From: an uncultured virus (IMG/VR IMGVR_UViG_2061766007_000234)
Lineage: Duplodnaviria; Heunggongvirae; Uroviricota; Caudoviricetes
DNA: 64,000 nucleotides
Virus record (IMG/VR): IMGVR_UViG_2061766007_000234
Strand: one strand, 5' to 3'
Shown: positions 36,513 through 46,568 of the stretch, one piece after another
Layout: each line of letters begins with the position of its first letter
Position numbering within the stretch: position 1 is the stretch's first letter
Notes under the pieces: model-generated
Database searches by the model: none
Seen by the model: only the letters and a program-made list of their open reading frames with translations
What the model was told of the DNA's origin: nothing
Program-made: the position numbers and the translations under genes

Positions 36513-36935
36513 ATGCAGGATTTGAACTTTGTATCAATTATTGGGCGTCTTACTAAAGACCCCGAATTGAAGTACACGCAGAGCGGCACAGCAATACTCG
36601 GCTTGTCTATCGCCGTAAACAGAATCCAAAAACAGGGGAATGAATGGAAAGACGTTGCTTCTTTCTTTGAAGTTTCGCTTTTCGGTAAACAGGCAGAAAC
36701 CCTTAACCAATATCTGCACAGGGGTAAGCAGATAGGCGTTGCAGGTCATCTTGAACAGCAGAGATGGCAGTCACAGGACGGCTCGAACAGAAGCAAAGTT
36801 GTGATTATGGCTGAAAATATTCAGCTTCTCGGCGGCAACGAACAGGGCGGTTCGCAAAAACAACAGCCACAGCAAAATTATCAGCAGCAGAATTATCAGC
36901 AGGGAAACGACTTCCCCGAAGAAATCCCTTTTTAG
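36513..36935 (+). CDS. ssb: single-stranded DNA-binding protein
   Basis: N.V.IIGRLTKDPELKYT, acidic tail EEIPF. Confidence 0.95.
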   Translation: MQDLNFVSIIGRLTKDPELKYTQSGTAILGLSIAVNRIQKQGNEWKDVASFFEVSLFGKQAETLNQYLHRGKQIGVAGHLEQQRWQSQDGSNRSKVVIMAENIQLLGGNEQGGSQKQQPQQNYQQQNYQQGNDFPEEIPF

Positions 36936-36938
36936 GAG

Positions 36939-37628
36939 ATGAACATGAACGTATTTGAAAAATTGAATCTTGCTAGAATCCAGTTCCAGCAGGCTAATAA
37001 GAAAATGTCGGGAAAGAATTCTTACGCAGGATATTCTTACTATGAATTGGCGGACATTCTGCCCGAAGTCAACAAGATTTGCAACAACATCAAAGCTGTC
37101 TGTATCGTTCGCTACGAAAAAGATATGGCTTTTCTTGATTTCGTGGACTGTGAAAAGCCGGACGATAAAATCACGTTCACAAGCCCGATGAGCGAAGCTA
37201 ACCTCAAAGGCTGTCATGCAGTGCAGAATCTCGGCGCGGTAGAAACTTATGTCAAGAGATACCTTTATCAAGCCTGTTTTGAGATTGTTGAAAACGATGC
37301 GCTTGACGGCACGATGAACCCGAACCAGAAGCAGAATCAGCCAACACCGCAGAATCAGCAAAGTCAGCCTAACAACACTGGAAAAGAGCTGTTCGACTTG
37401 GGAAAAGAAGTTTCAAATCTTCTCCATTCACAGAATGACAGCGGCTATCCAGTTTTCGGAGACGCCGAATCAGAAGAATGGAAAGCGGCTTCAAACGAAA
37501 AGTACAAAGCTAAGGACGTGGACGGCTTGAAAGAGATTGTCAGTCAGTTAAAGAACATCATTGACAAACGGCTCGGACAGGCACAGGCACAGATGATAGC
37601 TGGTACATTCGGCGGACAAGTGCAATGA
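36939..37628 (+). CDS. ERF-family single-strand annealing protein
   Basis: K.G.N....Y.YYEL.DILP, Q.LGA..TY.KRYLY...F.I.E.D..D. Confidence 0.85.
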   Translation: MNMNVFEKLNLARIQFQQANKKMSGKNSYAGYSYYELADILPEVNKICNNIKAVCIVRYEKDMAFLDFVDCEKPDDKITFTSPMSEANLKGCHAVQNLGAVETYVKRYLYQACFEIVENDALDGTMNPNQKQNQPTPQNQQSQPNNTGKELFDLGKEVSNLLHSQNDSGYPVFGDAESEEWKAASNEKYKAKDVDGLKEIVSQLKNIIDKRLGQAQAQMIAGTFGGQVQ

Positions 37629-38323
37629 GCTGCTTTGAATTCAAGCCGAAGTTTGTCGTCACAAAACCGATGACGGTAGCCGAAATGTCGGAATTATGCG
37701 GAAAATCAAAGCACACCTTGCACTTCCGTCTTGAAAAGTGTAAGGACAAAAAGATGCTTGACGACAACAAATGGACAACCGAAACGTGCATGAAAGTGCT
37801 TAACGACAAGAGCGATATATCGAACTGGCACATCGAGGGCTATCTGTATCTCGAAGAAGTTTCCGACAGGCTTGGAGTACAGGCTAGTACGGTTCACGCT
37901 TGGCTTAAAAAATATCACTTCGGCTTTATTAGGCAGAAAATTGCAGACTTCGGAACTGTATGGATTAAGGAATCTGACGTGGCTGAAATTGAAAGGACAG
38001 TCGCTTCACAGGTCAATTTAATCCGTACACAGTACATGACATCAAGACAGGTGGCGGAGCTTTGCGACGTTGACAGGGAATATATCAACGTCTACGCCGC
38101 ACGGCTCGGCATACCAAAAGAGAAGATTCTCGGCAAGTGGTGCTTCAAAAAAGAAACAGTACCGCCGCTTGTCGCAGAAATTAACAGGGCGCACGCTGAA
38201 AGGCAAAAGGATAACGGCGTGAGCTTGGCATTGCGCAGACGGCATCCGCTTGTCAAAGATATGCGGTGTTTTGATGAAAACTGGTTTCCGCGTGCAATGC
38301 CCGATTTTATGGTGGACTGGTGA
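37625..38323 (+). CDS. multi-HTH DNA-binding protein
   Basis: Three MerR/HTH_17-like repeats; HPLV.D.R.F...WFP C-terminus. Confidence 0.65.
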   Translation: MSCFEFKPKFVVTKPMTVAEMSELCGKSKHTLHFRLEKCKDKKMLDDNKWTTETCMKVLNDKSDISNWHIEGYLYLEEVSDRLGVQASTVHAWLKKYHFGFIRQKIADFGTVWIKESDVAEIERTVASQVNLIRTQYMTSRQVAELCDVDREYINVYAARLGIPKEKILGKWCFKKETVPPLVAEINRAHAERQKDNGVSLALRRRHPLVKDMRCFDENWFPRAMPDFMVDW

Positions 38324-39138
38324 TGGCTGAAAGAATTGCTTTATACAATGACAGTTTTCAGAATTGGAAAACTCACTACATCGAGAAAGCACAGCTGATT
38401 CTGACTGACATTCCATATCAGCTCGGCAGCAACATGTACGGCTCTAACCCTATGTGGTATGTAGACGGCGACAACAAGAACGGAGAGAGCAAGCTTGCAG
38501 GGAAACAGGCATTCGACACCGATTCAAAGGCAGGTTTCAGAATTGCCGAATTCTTTCATTTCTGCTCGAATCTTTTGAAGAAAGAGCCGAAGGGCGACGG
38601 CAAGCCCGGCTGTATGATTCTTTTTTGTGCATACGAGCAGCAGGAAGAGCTGATTCATTATGCCGAAGAATACGGATTTGCACATCATCAGGTGCTTATC
38701 TTTTACAAGAATTATTCTGCTCAAGTTCTTAAAGCAAACATGAGGGCGGTCGGCAACTTCGAGATAGCGATTCTTTTTTACAGAGATAAGCTCCCGAAGT
38801 TCAATAACGGCGGCAAAATGGTTTTCCAGTGCAGGGAATGGCTTGAGGATAAGGAAACGCCGAAAGTACACCCGACACAGAAGCCTGTTCCGCTGTTGGA
38901 AAATCTTATCAGCCTTTATACAGACGTTGATGATGTTGTTATCGACTGTTGCGCCGGAAGCGGTACTACACTCTTAGCCGCCGCAAACTTAGGCAGAAAA
39001 GCATACGGGTTCGAGCTGAAAAGGGAATACGTCAAGGCTTTTTACGAAAAGATTCTACCTTGCAGACAAGAAGATTTGTTTGTCATGGCTGAAAGGACGG
39101 AAAAGAAAGCCCGTCAACTGGAGCTGTACGGTGCGTAA
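38320..39138 (+). CDS. DNA methyltransferase, N4/N6 beta class
   Basis: DIPY catalytic motif, HPTQKPV.LL, VID.C.GSGTT. Confidence 0.92.
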   Translation: MMAERIALYNDSFQNWKTHYIEKAQLILTDIPYQLGSNMYGSNPMWYVDGDNKNGESKLAGKQAFDTDSKAGFRIAEFFHFCSNLLKKEPKGDGKPGCMILFCAYEQQEELIHYAEEYGFAHHQVLIFYKNYSAQVLKANMRAVGNFEIAILFYRDKLPKFNNGGKMVFQCREWLEDKETPKVHPTQKPVPLLENLISLYTDVDDVVIDCCAGSGTTLLAAANLGRKAYGFELKREYVKAFYEKILPCRQEDLFVMAERTEKKARQLELYGA

Positions 39139-39541
39139 GAACAAGATAAGCCTTCCCAAAGTACAGGAAGCTTTTAACTCGGCAATCAAACGCCGTGACC
39201 GCCGTTGCATGGTACGAGACTACGAGCCTTGTTGCGGACAGCTTGAGTGCAGTCACTTCTTTAGTGTCGGCTCAAGCCCTGCTTTGCGGTTTTATCCGCC
39301 GAATGCCTATACGCAGTGTCAGAAGCATCATTGGAAACACCACAACAAATGGCACAGAGGTGATATATATTCTTACGACTGGTATATGGTTGAAAACCAC
39401 AAGACGGATTTAGAAAAACTTGAGAAAAATGCGTTCAAATACATCAAGTACACGGACGAGCTGAAAGCGGAAATTATCAGACTTTGCAACGCTGATAAAT
39501 TGGACGAGCTGAAAGAACTGATTGAGGGGGAGTTGAAATGA
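39131..39541 (+). CDS. NinG-like recombination nuclease
   Basis: FN..I..RD..C, CSHF.S.G....LRF...N...QC. Confidence 0.75.
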   Translation: MRKNKISLPKVQEAFNSAIKRRDRRCMVRDYEPCCGQLECSHFFSVGSSPALRFYPPNAYTQCQKHHWKHHNKWHRGDIYSYDWYMVENHKTDLEKLEKNAFKYIKYTDELKAEIIRLCNADKLDELKELIEGELK

Positions 39542-39664
39542 TGATTAAGGCTTTTTACAGCGGTTGGAAAGAAGCTGACATGAATACGGCGTATCGGCTT
39601 TTCTGTCATATTATGCGAGTGCATGACAAGAAAGTGTTTGACAATCACTTTCGGGGAATAACCT

Positions 39665-39859
39665 ATGAAGAACTGGCGGCTTTCGGAAAACGCAACGCTT
39701 GAAGAAAGAAAAGCCTTGCAAGTTTTGTGCCGTGAACAGCTGAAACAAAAGCTTTTGGCAGACATAGCACAAGACGTGACGGTTTGTAAGCTCGAAGGTT
39801 GGAATTACAAAGAATATCTTTATGAGCTTATCGGGCTGATTAAGGAATTTTTGAAATGA
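39665..39859 (+). CDS. hypothetical protein
   Basis: GGGG upstream; ATGA coupling. Confidence 0.65.
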   Translation: MKNWRLSENATLEERKALQVLCREQLKQKLLADIAQDVTVCKLEGWNYKEYLYELIGLIKEFLK

Positions 39860-40230
39860 AGCTAGGAACTTTACAAGATTTTTGGAATGACTGCAAAAAA
39901 GGCGTATACAACTTTACCGACAACGGAAAATGTACCTGTTGCGGTAACTGTTGTACGGCTTTGCTTCAAATGACAAAAAATGAATTGAAAGCAATTCAGA
40001 GGTATGTAAAGCGAAAACATATCCATATTGAAAAGCATGACGGTTGCGATTTTGATTTAACTTGTCCTTTCCGTAACAACGAAAAGAAAATCTGTAACGT
40101 GTACGAAGTAAGACCTATGATTTGCCGTGATTTCAAATGCGACAAACCGCAGAAGAAAATCGATGAAAACAAAGAGCGGTTCTCGTATGACGGCAGATAC
40201 AGTGTATTTAATTTGAGAGAGATTTTTTAG
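39856..40230 (+). CDS. YkgJ-family cysteine-cluster protein
   Basis: CxxCGxCC, CPF, C.VYE.RP.ICR.F.C. Confidence 0.88.
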   Translation: MKLGTLQDFWNDCKKGVYNFTDNGKCTCCGNCCTALLQMTKNELKAIQRYVKRKHIHIEKHDGCDFDLTCPFRNNEKKICNVYEVRPMICRDFKCDKPQKKIDENKERFSYDGRYSVFNLREIF

Positions 40231-40249
40231 AAAAGGAGCTGAAATAACA

Positions 40250-40417
40250 ATGAAAAACAACAAAAACAATGTTACCACAGGATTTTGCGACGTACTCGCA
40301 ATAGTATTTATAGTCCTAAAACTTGTAAAAGTTATCGATTGGTCTTGGCTTTGGGTTTTGGCACCGATATGGATTCCGCTTGTATTAATAATTTTAATTC
40401 GAATTTTTTTTAAATAG
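40250..40417 (+). CDS. small membrane protein (55 aa)
   Basis: Translated by hand: L.IVFIVLKL..VIDWSWLWVLAPIWIP; AAGGAG upstream. Confidence 0.7.
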   Translation: MKNNKNNVTTGFCDVLAIVFIVLKLVKVIDWSWLWVLAPIWIPLVLIILIRIFFK

Positions 40418-40424
40418 ACAAGTT

Positions 40425-40868
40425 ATGGAAAAGACAAAAGCTGTAATGAAAATTGAAAGCTTCTCCAATAAAGACGGCACTCTGCTTCTTTCGGTTTCCG
40501 ACTTCGGCGTAAGAACTTTACTGCAAAGTTTAGTTGACCTTTGTAAGCAAAAACACGGCGGTTACGTTAAGCTTGAATTGTCAGCTCCATATCCGCCACG
40601 CACGACAGGGGTAGGGTCGCAGAATAATAAAATTTGGGCGATGATAACGCAAATCTGCAACCATACAGGCTACACGCTTCCCGACATGGAAGACTATGCA
40701 AAGCTTCGTGCGGTAGTCCGGGGCTATCCTTACCGAGAGAACCGAATAACAGGCGAGATAAAGCCTTACAGCATGACGGAGATAGACACGGTACAGGCAG
40801 GGCTACTGATAGACGAGCTTTACCAGATAGCCGCCGAATCTGGGACGGAGATTTATGAAAGTTCGTAA
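40425..40868 (+). CDS. NinB/DUF1367-like protein
   Basis: RT....QN...WA....I and S.......LI..L...AAE pattern. Confidence 0.55.
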   Translation: MEKTKAVMKIESFSNKDGTLLLSVSDFGVRTLLQSLVDLCKQKHGGYVKLELSAPYPPRTTGVGSQNNKIWAMITQICNHTGYTLPDMEDYAKLRAVVRGYPYRENRITGEIKPYSMTEIDTVQAGLLIDELYQIAAESGTEIYESS

Positions 40869-41062
40869 TGACAATAGTAACAAAAAAAGTTATAATTAAT
40901 TTGCAAAAGCAAATTATTTTTAATTTGCCCGAGCAAATTATTCAGAGCAATGAAGAAGCCATCCACATTCTTGATTGCTTTGGCAGTCACTCGAAAGAGT
41001 TTTATGCCGCCTTGTTAGTGGATGAACAGGGCGGCTTTTTTTTTAAGCAAATGGGAGCGTAA
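40868..41062 (+). CDS. hypothetical protein containing tandem palindromes
   Basis: TAATG coupling; palindromes read as NLQKQIIFNLPEQII. Confidence 0.45.
   Translation: MTIVTKKVIINLQKQIIFNLPEQIIQSNEEAIHILDCFGSHSKEFYAALLVDEQGGFFFKQMGA
40897..40941. repeat. palindrome TAATTTGC-N4-GCAAATTA, tandem copies 2 and 3
   Basis: TAATTTGCAAAAGCAAATTA at 40897 and TAATTTGCCCGAGCAAATTA at 40921. Confidence 0.85.
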
Positions 41063-41260
41063 ATGAAAGTATACGGTTATGAAGTTTTTGAAAATGAAAT
41101 AGGCAGTATCTCAATCATGCAGAATCCGGGGCATTATGATGAAGATATAGCAGGCAATGCGAGCGTGTGGGTAATGTTTACACCAGAACAGATAGACCGT
41201 CTATGTGAAGATTTGCAGAAAGTAAAGAACGAAATGCTCGAGGGTAGAAATAATGGCTAG
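41063..41260 (+). CDS. hypothetical protein
   Basis: GGAG upstream; abuts neighbours. Confidence 0.65.
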   Translation: MKVYGYEVFENEIGSISIMQNPGHYDEDIAGNASVWVMFTPEQIDRLCEDLQKVKNEMLEGRNNG

Positions 41261-42119
41261 AAAAAGTGATTTCAGTTCTTTCGTTTTTCCAGAAACAACA
41301 AAAAAACAGATAGACGCAATGCCGACAGCAGAAATGAAGCTTAAATATTATACAATCGTATCTGATTACGGTATGTATAATATTGAGCCAGACAATCTTT
41401 CTGAAATGGAAAACCTTATATGGATTCCAATGCGTGATTTGATAGACCATTGCAGAAAATCTCATGGCGGTGCGCCAGAAAATAATCAAAATGCCTGCAA
41501 AAACAAACAAAACAACCTAAACAATCAAAACAACGTTGTTTTTAATGAAACAATTAAAACAACCTTTATTAATGATAATGATAATCTTAATGATAATCAT
41601 AATCATAATCTTAATGTAAATGATAATGATAACGGAGAAGGAGAAGAAAAAGAGAAAGAACAAGAAAAACAAAATATTTCTCTCTCTCCAGAACCTTGTT
41701 TAGATATTAATATACCTAAAGACTACGCTAAACAGGTGTTTGATATACTTAAAGACAACAACTTACCGTGCTGTCTTGGTAATTACATAAGCTTTATGCA
41801 GTCGGACTTTAAGTTTGCACTGGAAACACTGCATAGCAGGGCTGATTTAAGGGGGTTGCACAGTGACATGGTGCTAGGTGCGTTGAATAACTATGCCCTA
41901 GTAATTAATAACCCGAATACTTGGCAGGGGTGGAAGAACAAAAAGAGCTTTGACAGATTCGTTTCGTGGGAGCGGTTCAAAGACTTTCTGCCGGACAGGT
42001 TTTGCTTAGATAACTTTTTGGACAGGTCTACTCCACAGCCGAAGCAGGCGCAGAATCAGACAGTCGGAATAAACCGTGCTCTTGAAATACTTAGGGAGGT
42101 GCAGAATGACCAAAGATGA
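41253..42119 (+). CDS. replication initiator (DUF6291-like N-terminus)
   Basis: SFVF, I..YG, GGAP.NNQNA.K, (N-x) repeat linker, position in replication module. Confidence 0.75.
   Translation: MARKSDFSSFVFPETTKKQIDAMPTAEMKLKYYTIVSDYGMYNIEPDNLSEMENLIWIPMRDLIDHCRKSHGGAPENNQNACKNKQNNLNNQNNVVFNETIKTTFINDNDNLNDNHNHNLNVNDNDNGEGEEKEKEQEKQNISLSPEPCLDINIPKDYAKQVFDILKDNNLPCCLGNYISFMQSDFKFALETLHSRADLRGLHSDMVLGALNNYALVINNPNTWQGWKNKKSFDRFVSWERFKDFLPDRFCLDNFLDRSTPQPKQAQNQTVGINRALEILREVQNDQR
41499..41633 (+). repeat. AT-rich iteron-like repeats within initiator gene (candidate origin)
   Basis: Several AAACAA copies, palindrome AAAACAACGTTGTTTT, then an AATGAT/AATCAT/AATCTT hexamer array. Confidence 0.55.
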
Positions 42120-42555
42120 ATTCATCACCGAGCTGACAGGTTATTATGGCGGCTTTGTTAACGACTGTGTGACTAAGTTGTTCGTACAGACGCTGAACAA
42201 GATTGACGAATCAGACCTTGACAGGCTGTTCGAGTGGTTTCTTGTGAACATTCCGGCTAACTGGAAAGTGGACGTTACGACGCTGACTAAGGGCGTGAAT
42301 TCGTGCTGCATTTTCTTCAAAGAGCCTAAGAAACGCTGTCCAATATGCAATGCGCTGAACGGCGAAAAAGCAAGGTTCTGCTCGAACTGCGGATATGACT
42401 ATTCAGTTCCGGCTGAAAGATACCGTGCGTTATTGGCAAAGCCCGAAGATGTCAAGAAAGTTTTCGGCGAAATAGTGACTGGTCTGGAGGAGAAAAGAGC
42501 AGAGATAGAGAAGATACAAAAAGCAGAGATAAGGGAGTTGCAAAATGAAAAATAA
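42106..42555 (+). CDS. zinc-ribbon protein following initiator (possible helicase loader/inhibitor)
   Basis: GGAGG upstream; CPIC...FCSNCG. Confidence 0.6.
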   Translation: MTKDEFITELTGYYGGFVNDCVTKLFVQTLNKIDESDLDRLFEWFLVNIPANWKVDVTTLTKGVNSCCIFFKEPKKRCPICNALNGEKARFCSNCGYDYSVPAERYRALLAKPEDVKKVFGEIVTGLEEKRAEIEKIQKAEIRELQNEK

Positions 42556-43135
42556 GCTTTGTTTATTAATATCAGTTTCAGCTGTGTTGTTAATCGCTCT
42601 GCTTGTAACTGCTTATACTCTCGGCACTTCGCATGAAAAGAAAATAGCCGTGAATTTTGAAACTGCGGAAACACAGAATGAAGAACCGCATAAATACCAG
42701 TTTCTCCAAAAGGACGTGTCTGACTATATCTGCTCATTAAGTGATGAACTTGAGATAGATTCTGACTTAGTGGTAGCAATCCTTATGGCTGAGAATCCAG
42801 AGTTTGACCCAGAAGCGGTACACCGAAACACAAACGGCACAATTGATTGCGGACTATTTCAGCTGAATGACCGCTATATCTGGACTTCCTTCAAAGACGC
42901 TTATTGGTTCGACAACATCGAGCTGAATCCGTTCAACTGGAAGCACAGCTCATTTCTGGCGATACATCACATCGCCTATCTGACTAAAAAGGCAAAAGTC
43001 ACTGACGAAGTTATCATGGCGTACAACTGCGGAGTCGGAGCTGTCATGTCTGGGGCTGTGCCGGAAACAACTAAGGCGTATCTGAAAAAGGTCAAGACAA
43101 ACTTATTCTTACTAAAAAGGGCAGAAAATGAATAA
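42545..43135 (+). CDS. lytic transglycosylase (SLT domain) with N-terminal TM
   Basis: AI..AEN (catalytic Glu), N.NGT.D.GLFQLN, AYN.G. Confidence 0.85.
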   Translation: MKNKLCLLISVSAVLLIALLVTAYTLGTSHEKKIAVNFETAETQNEEPHKYQFLQKDVSDYICSLSDELEIDSDLVVAILMAENPEFDPEAVHRNTNGTIDCGLFQLNDRYIWTSFKDAYWFDNIELNPFNWKHSSFLAIHHIAYLTKKAKVTDEVIMAYNCGVGAVMSGAVPETTKAYLKKVKTNLFLLKRAENE

Positions 43136-43412
43136 AGAATATACACCAGAAGAAAAAGAGCTGATTATTAATACACCGATAAGCAAAGATGTATTCGATA
43201 TGACTGACTACATGAGTGTTTCGATTTTTTATCCGCCTCTTCGCACTCCTATTACAGAAGCAGATAAGCTTTGGGAAAATCTGATTGAAGGTCTTGAGCT
43301 TTTACGTTTACGTTTATGGAGTTCAAAAAGGGAATCCCCTGTTGATGGTGAATGTTTATTTACTGAACTTGTTCGCTTATTACCTAACTCATACAAGGTG
43401 GTGAAACTATGA
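43128..43412 (+). CDS. hypothetical protein
   Basis: Overlapping operon ORF; L.RLLPNSY. Confidence 0.6.
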   Translation: MNKEYTPEEKELIINTPISKDVFDMTDYMSVSIFYPPLRTPITEADKLWENLIEGLELLRLRLWSSKRESPVDGECLFTELVRLLPNSYKVVKL

Positions 43413-43675
43413 CGTATAAAGAAATACTCGCGCTTGTCTGCATAGGGCTTATCTTCGTATGGATAATAATTGACTGGTTCAGAAAGGGGCTGTAAATGAC
43501 ATGTGATATTTGCGGTAGTAAAAAGAACGTCCGAGCTTTCTACGGCTATTGGCACAAGCAGTGGTACAAGGAATGTCGCAATTGTTTCGACAAGGTGATG
43601 GAGAAAACCAAATTTCCAGAAGCATTAAGAGAAAAAGAATGGGAACGCGGAAAAGAAAAACAGGAAAGGGTGTAA

Positions 43676-44032
43676 ATGAACAGCAACGAAGAATACTTAG
43701 ATTGGTTATCGAAAACTCTTGCATTAAGACCGCCTAAGAATTATTACATTGATTCACCGGGAGGGGTTGAAGTAGTAAAACTTATTCTAGACTTTGAAAG
43801 GGATAATTTCTCATGGAGAAGGTCAGACGAAGATACTTTCTGGATAGACGTTCAGCTTTTCGTTAAATATAAGCTTACGAATGAAGAAATAATATTCGTA
43901 ATAAAAATGCAGGGCGGTATCGAAAACAACAAGAAATTCTCGCAAGAAAAAAATGCTTATGCAGAAATGATGCGCGGAATAAAAAAACTAAGAGAGATAA
44001 ACAATGACGGAAGACTTGACAGCCGAAATTAA
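43676..44032 (+). CDS. hypothetical protein
   Basis: Operon ORF with upstream purine-rich SD. Confidence 0.6.
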   Translation: MNSNEEYLDWLSKTLALRPPKNYYIDSPGGVEVVKLILDFERDNFSWRRSDEDTFWIDVQLFVKYKLTNEEIIFVIKMQGGIENNKKFSQEKNAYAEMMRGIKKLREINNDGRLDSRN

Positions 44033-44297
44033 ATCAGCTGAAACCGCCATAACTAAGTATGCAAAGTTTTATCACAGCCATGAAAACGAATGTCCGGCTG
44101 ACTTCAAGCTGCTCATGCTGATAAACGGTTGGACAAGTCCATTCATTGCGCTGAATGAACTTCTTAAACGGATTGACACAAACGAGCAGCTTATAAAACG
44201 CAGGGAAAAGGAAAGCGGAATCAAGACAGGCTATAAGAGCATGTACAAAAAGACAAGGGCTTTTTTGCAGGAACAGGTAAACAAGCATGAGCTATAA
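44004..44297 (+). CDS. hypothetical protein
   Basis: Overlapping operon ORF. Confidence 0.55.
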   Translation: MTEDLTAEIKSAETAITKYAKFYHSHENECPADFKLLMLINGWTSPFIALNELLKRIDTNEQLIKRREKESGIKTGYKSMYKKTRAFLQEQVNKHEL

Positions 44298-44309
44298 AGG
44301 TGGGAAAGA

Positions 44310-44930
44310 ATGAAGTACATTGATTTATTCAACGAAATCCAGTTGTCGAGGGATTACAATCTCGACCCAAAGACAGGCGTGAACTGGAGATACCGCATAG
44401 ACAACAAGGAAAAAAGAATCTATGTCGAGTTGCAGGAAACTAAAACTGGTTGGGATTGGGTGTTTAATTTTCTCGTGATTCCGATAACGATTAAAAACAG
44501 AAAGAACAAGAAAATGACAGTGCCGCTAGGTTTTTACTTGCAGGCAAAAGCAGTATTCAGCTATGTCTACGAAGACTGGCTTAACGGTAAGTTTCCAAAT
44601 GGATATCAATGGGTGTTCACAGGTTGGTCGCAGGGCGGAGCGGACACTGCTATTTTGGGCTTTCTTATGGACGGCATCGTATTCGGAAACCTTATCATGT
44701 ACGGAACGCCGAGTTTCTGCTTTAACCAGAAAAGCCTTGACGTTCTTTACAGCTGTTTCGGTACGGTCGAGAATTTTCTCTACGAAGACGACTGGATAAG
44801 GCCACTCGTGCCGTTCTGCAAAAGACCGCCTTCAACCAACGTTCAGCCGAAAAATCCGGACGAGCCGAAAACGTTAGACCAACGCCATAGGGTATACGGA
44901 CACTGTTTGTACCCTTACCCAGAATTTTGA
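44310..44930 (+). CDS. lipase class 3-like alpha/beta hydrolase
   Basis: DW.FNF, V..GF, nucleophile elbow TGWSQGG, YG.P, D.I..LVP, C-terminal His. Confidence 0.8.
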   Translation: MKYIDLFNEIQLSRDYNLDPKTGVNWRYRIDNKEKRIYVELQETKTGWDWVFNFLVIPITIKNRKNKKMTVPLGFYLQAKAVFSYVYEDWLNGKFPNGYQWVFTGWSQGGADTAILGFLMDGIVFGNLIMYGTPSFCFNQKSLDVLYSCFGTVENFLYEDDWIRPLVPFCKRPPSTNVQPKNPDEPKTLDQRHRVYGHCLYPYPEF

Positions 44931-44946
44931 TAAAGGAGATAAAAAA

Positions 44947-45309
44947 ATGGATAAAGACGAAATGAAAAACAGAATAAGCCTTGCACTTAAAGACCCGATT
45001 TTACAGCAAGGTTTTGAGATTATCTGTAAAGACCTTGCTATTTCAGAACACGATAGAGAACACAATGACTATGAACTTACAGAAGTTTACAAAAATGTAG
45101 AACAACTTGAAAAAGAAGTTGCAGGACTGAAAGACGATAACATGGTTATGGCAGACAATTATTCCAAAATGGAACAGAAGTTTTACGTCAATCTCAACAA
45201 AGCAAAAGAAATTATTAAAAAGATGTCGTATGAATATCAGCGACTATGTTTGATTAAGAAAGAAACTCTTACAGAAGCGGAGCAGTACTTAAAGGATTTG
45301 GAAAAGTAA
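44947..45309 (+). CDS. coiled-coil hypothetical protein
   Basis: AAGGAG upstream; heptad pattern. Confidence 0.7.
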   Translation: MDKDEMKNRISLALKDPILQQGFEIICKDLAISEHDREHNDYELTEVYKNVEQLEKEVAGLKDDNMVMADNYSKMEQKFYVNLNKAKEIIKKMSYEYQRLCLIKKETLTEAEQYLKDLEK

Positions 45310-45368
45310 AATAAGAAAATCGGTTATTTTACTTTTAAGGCGGAAATTAAAATAAAGGAATAAGACAA

Positions 45369-45551
45369 ATGACAGATAAAGAACTTAAAGAGCTTTCTGA
45401 AAAGGTTTGGAATCAATACTGGGCAATGACAAAGCTATCTGGACTTGGAAGCAAATTTCCAGATGCTATAATACCGTTCTTAAAAACATCTTTCACAAGT
45501 GGTTTTGTTGAAGGATATAGAACTAAAGAAGAATCATTAAAAAGCAAATGA
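45369..45551 (+). CDS. hypothetical protein
   Basis: AAGGA upstream. Confidence 0.55.
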   Translation: MTDKELKELSEKVWNQYWAMTKLSGLGSKFPDAIIPFLKTSFTSGFVEGYRTKEESLKSK

Positions 45552-45706
45552 CAAGCAAAAAAAAAGCTGTTAGCAGGGAAAACTAACAGCTTTATAAAAA
45601 GAAAGATTCTGAATGTCTCGAATCTTTTGCTACGATTTAATTTAATTTTATCTGATTTCAGTTTTTTTTGCAAATAAAAAACTTTCATTTTTTTTTGAAA
45701 AAATTA

Positions 45707-45766
45707 TTGACACAATCAAAAAAATTATGTTATATTTTAATCATGGGAGAGAGAAAGGGGTTTAAG
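45707..45766 (+). promoter_or_regulatory. strong promoter and leader shared with the cassette at 4141
   Basis: TTGACA 45707, TGnTATATT, leader GAGAGAGAAAGGGGTTTAAG. Confidence 0.7.
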
Positions 45767-45988
45767 ATGAAAGATTTTAATGAAATGGAAATTTATGAAG
45801 ATGATACTTTTGAAAAAGAAGTATCACAAGAAAACTATGATTATTTTTTTAATGAATTAAAAGAAATAAGAGAAAAAACAACAGGCTGCTTACTTTGTTG
45901 GATTTGCCCAGATGAAGATGATGGACATGTTGAGTATAAGGCTTTCAGCACATGGACAGACATGGAAATTTGGAAAAATCAGAAATAA
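45767..45988 (+). CDS. acidic hypothetical protein
   Basis: AGGGG before ATG 45767. Confidence 0.65.
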   Translation: MKDFNEMEIYEDDTFEKEVSQENYDYFFNELKEIREKTTGCLLCWICPDEDDGHVEYKAFSTWTDMEIWKNQK

Positions 45989-45998
45989 GGGGTAGAAC

Positions 45999-46331
45999 AT
46001 GACAGTAAAAGAAACAATTGAAGCTTACAAAGGAAAATATGACTTTGTAGAAATTTTCTATGGCGATGGATTCCATACAGACCGTTGCGATTCTTATAAC
46101 CCGCAAACAGGCTACGGCGATTGCGAAGCCGGACAAGAGGAAAGATTAAACCGTTATTGCATGGATTATAAAGCCGAATCATACGAGCTTATGGATTGCG
46201 AAGAATATGACAACACAATTCTTGCAAACACCGGAACAACAACAGCCGATTTTGGCTGGAAAAATGAAAAAATTCTTTGTATCTTAATCTCTCGCAAATC
46301 AATAGCGATGGGTGAAGAATTAGGGCTGTAA
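45999..46331 (+). CDS. hypothetical protein
   Basis: AGGGG upstream. Confidence 0.7.
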   Translation: MTVKETIEAYKGKYDFVEIFYGDGFHTDRCDSYNPQTGYGDCEAGQEERLNRYCMDYKAESYELMDCEEYDNTILANTGTTTADFGWKNEKILCILISRKSIAMGEELGL

Positions 46332-46568
46332 AAGGAGTTCAAACCATGACATACGAACATTCAGCAAGAGAATTTTTTGAAACCGGAAGAATAACAGACA
46401 ATTATTCCATAAAAGAATATTTTAAGTTTTTGGACTTTGCACGTTTTTTTTATCCGTGTATATATGATGATTTAATAGATTATGATTATTTTGGCTCATA
46501 CCATTATTAAAAAAAGACCGTCCAAAAATACGGTAGAAATTAATTGATTTTACTGCAAGGGGGTTTGA

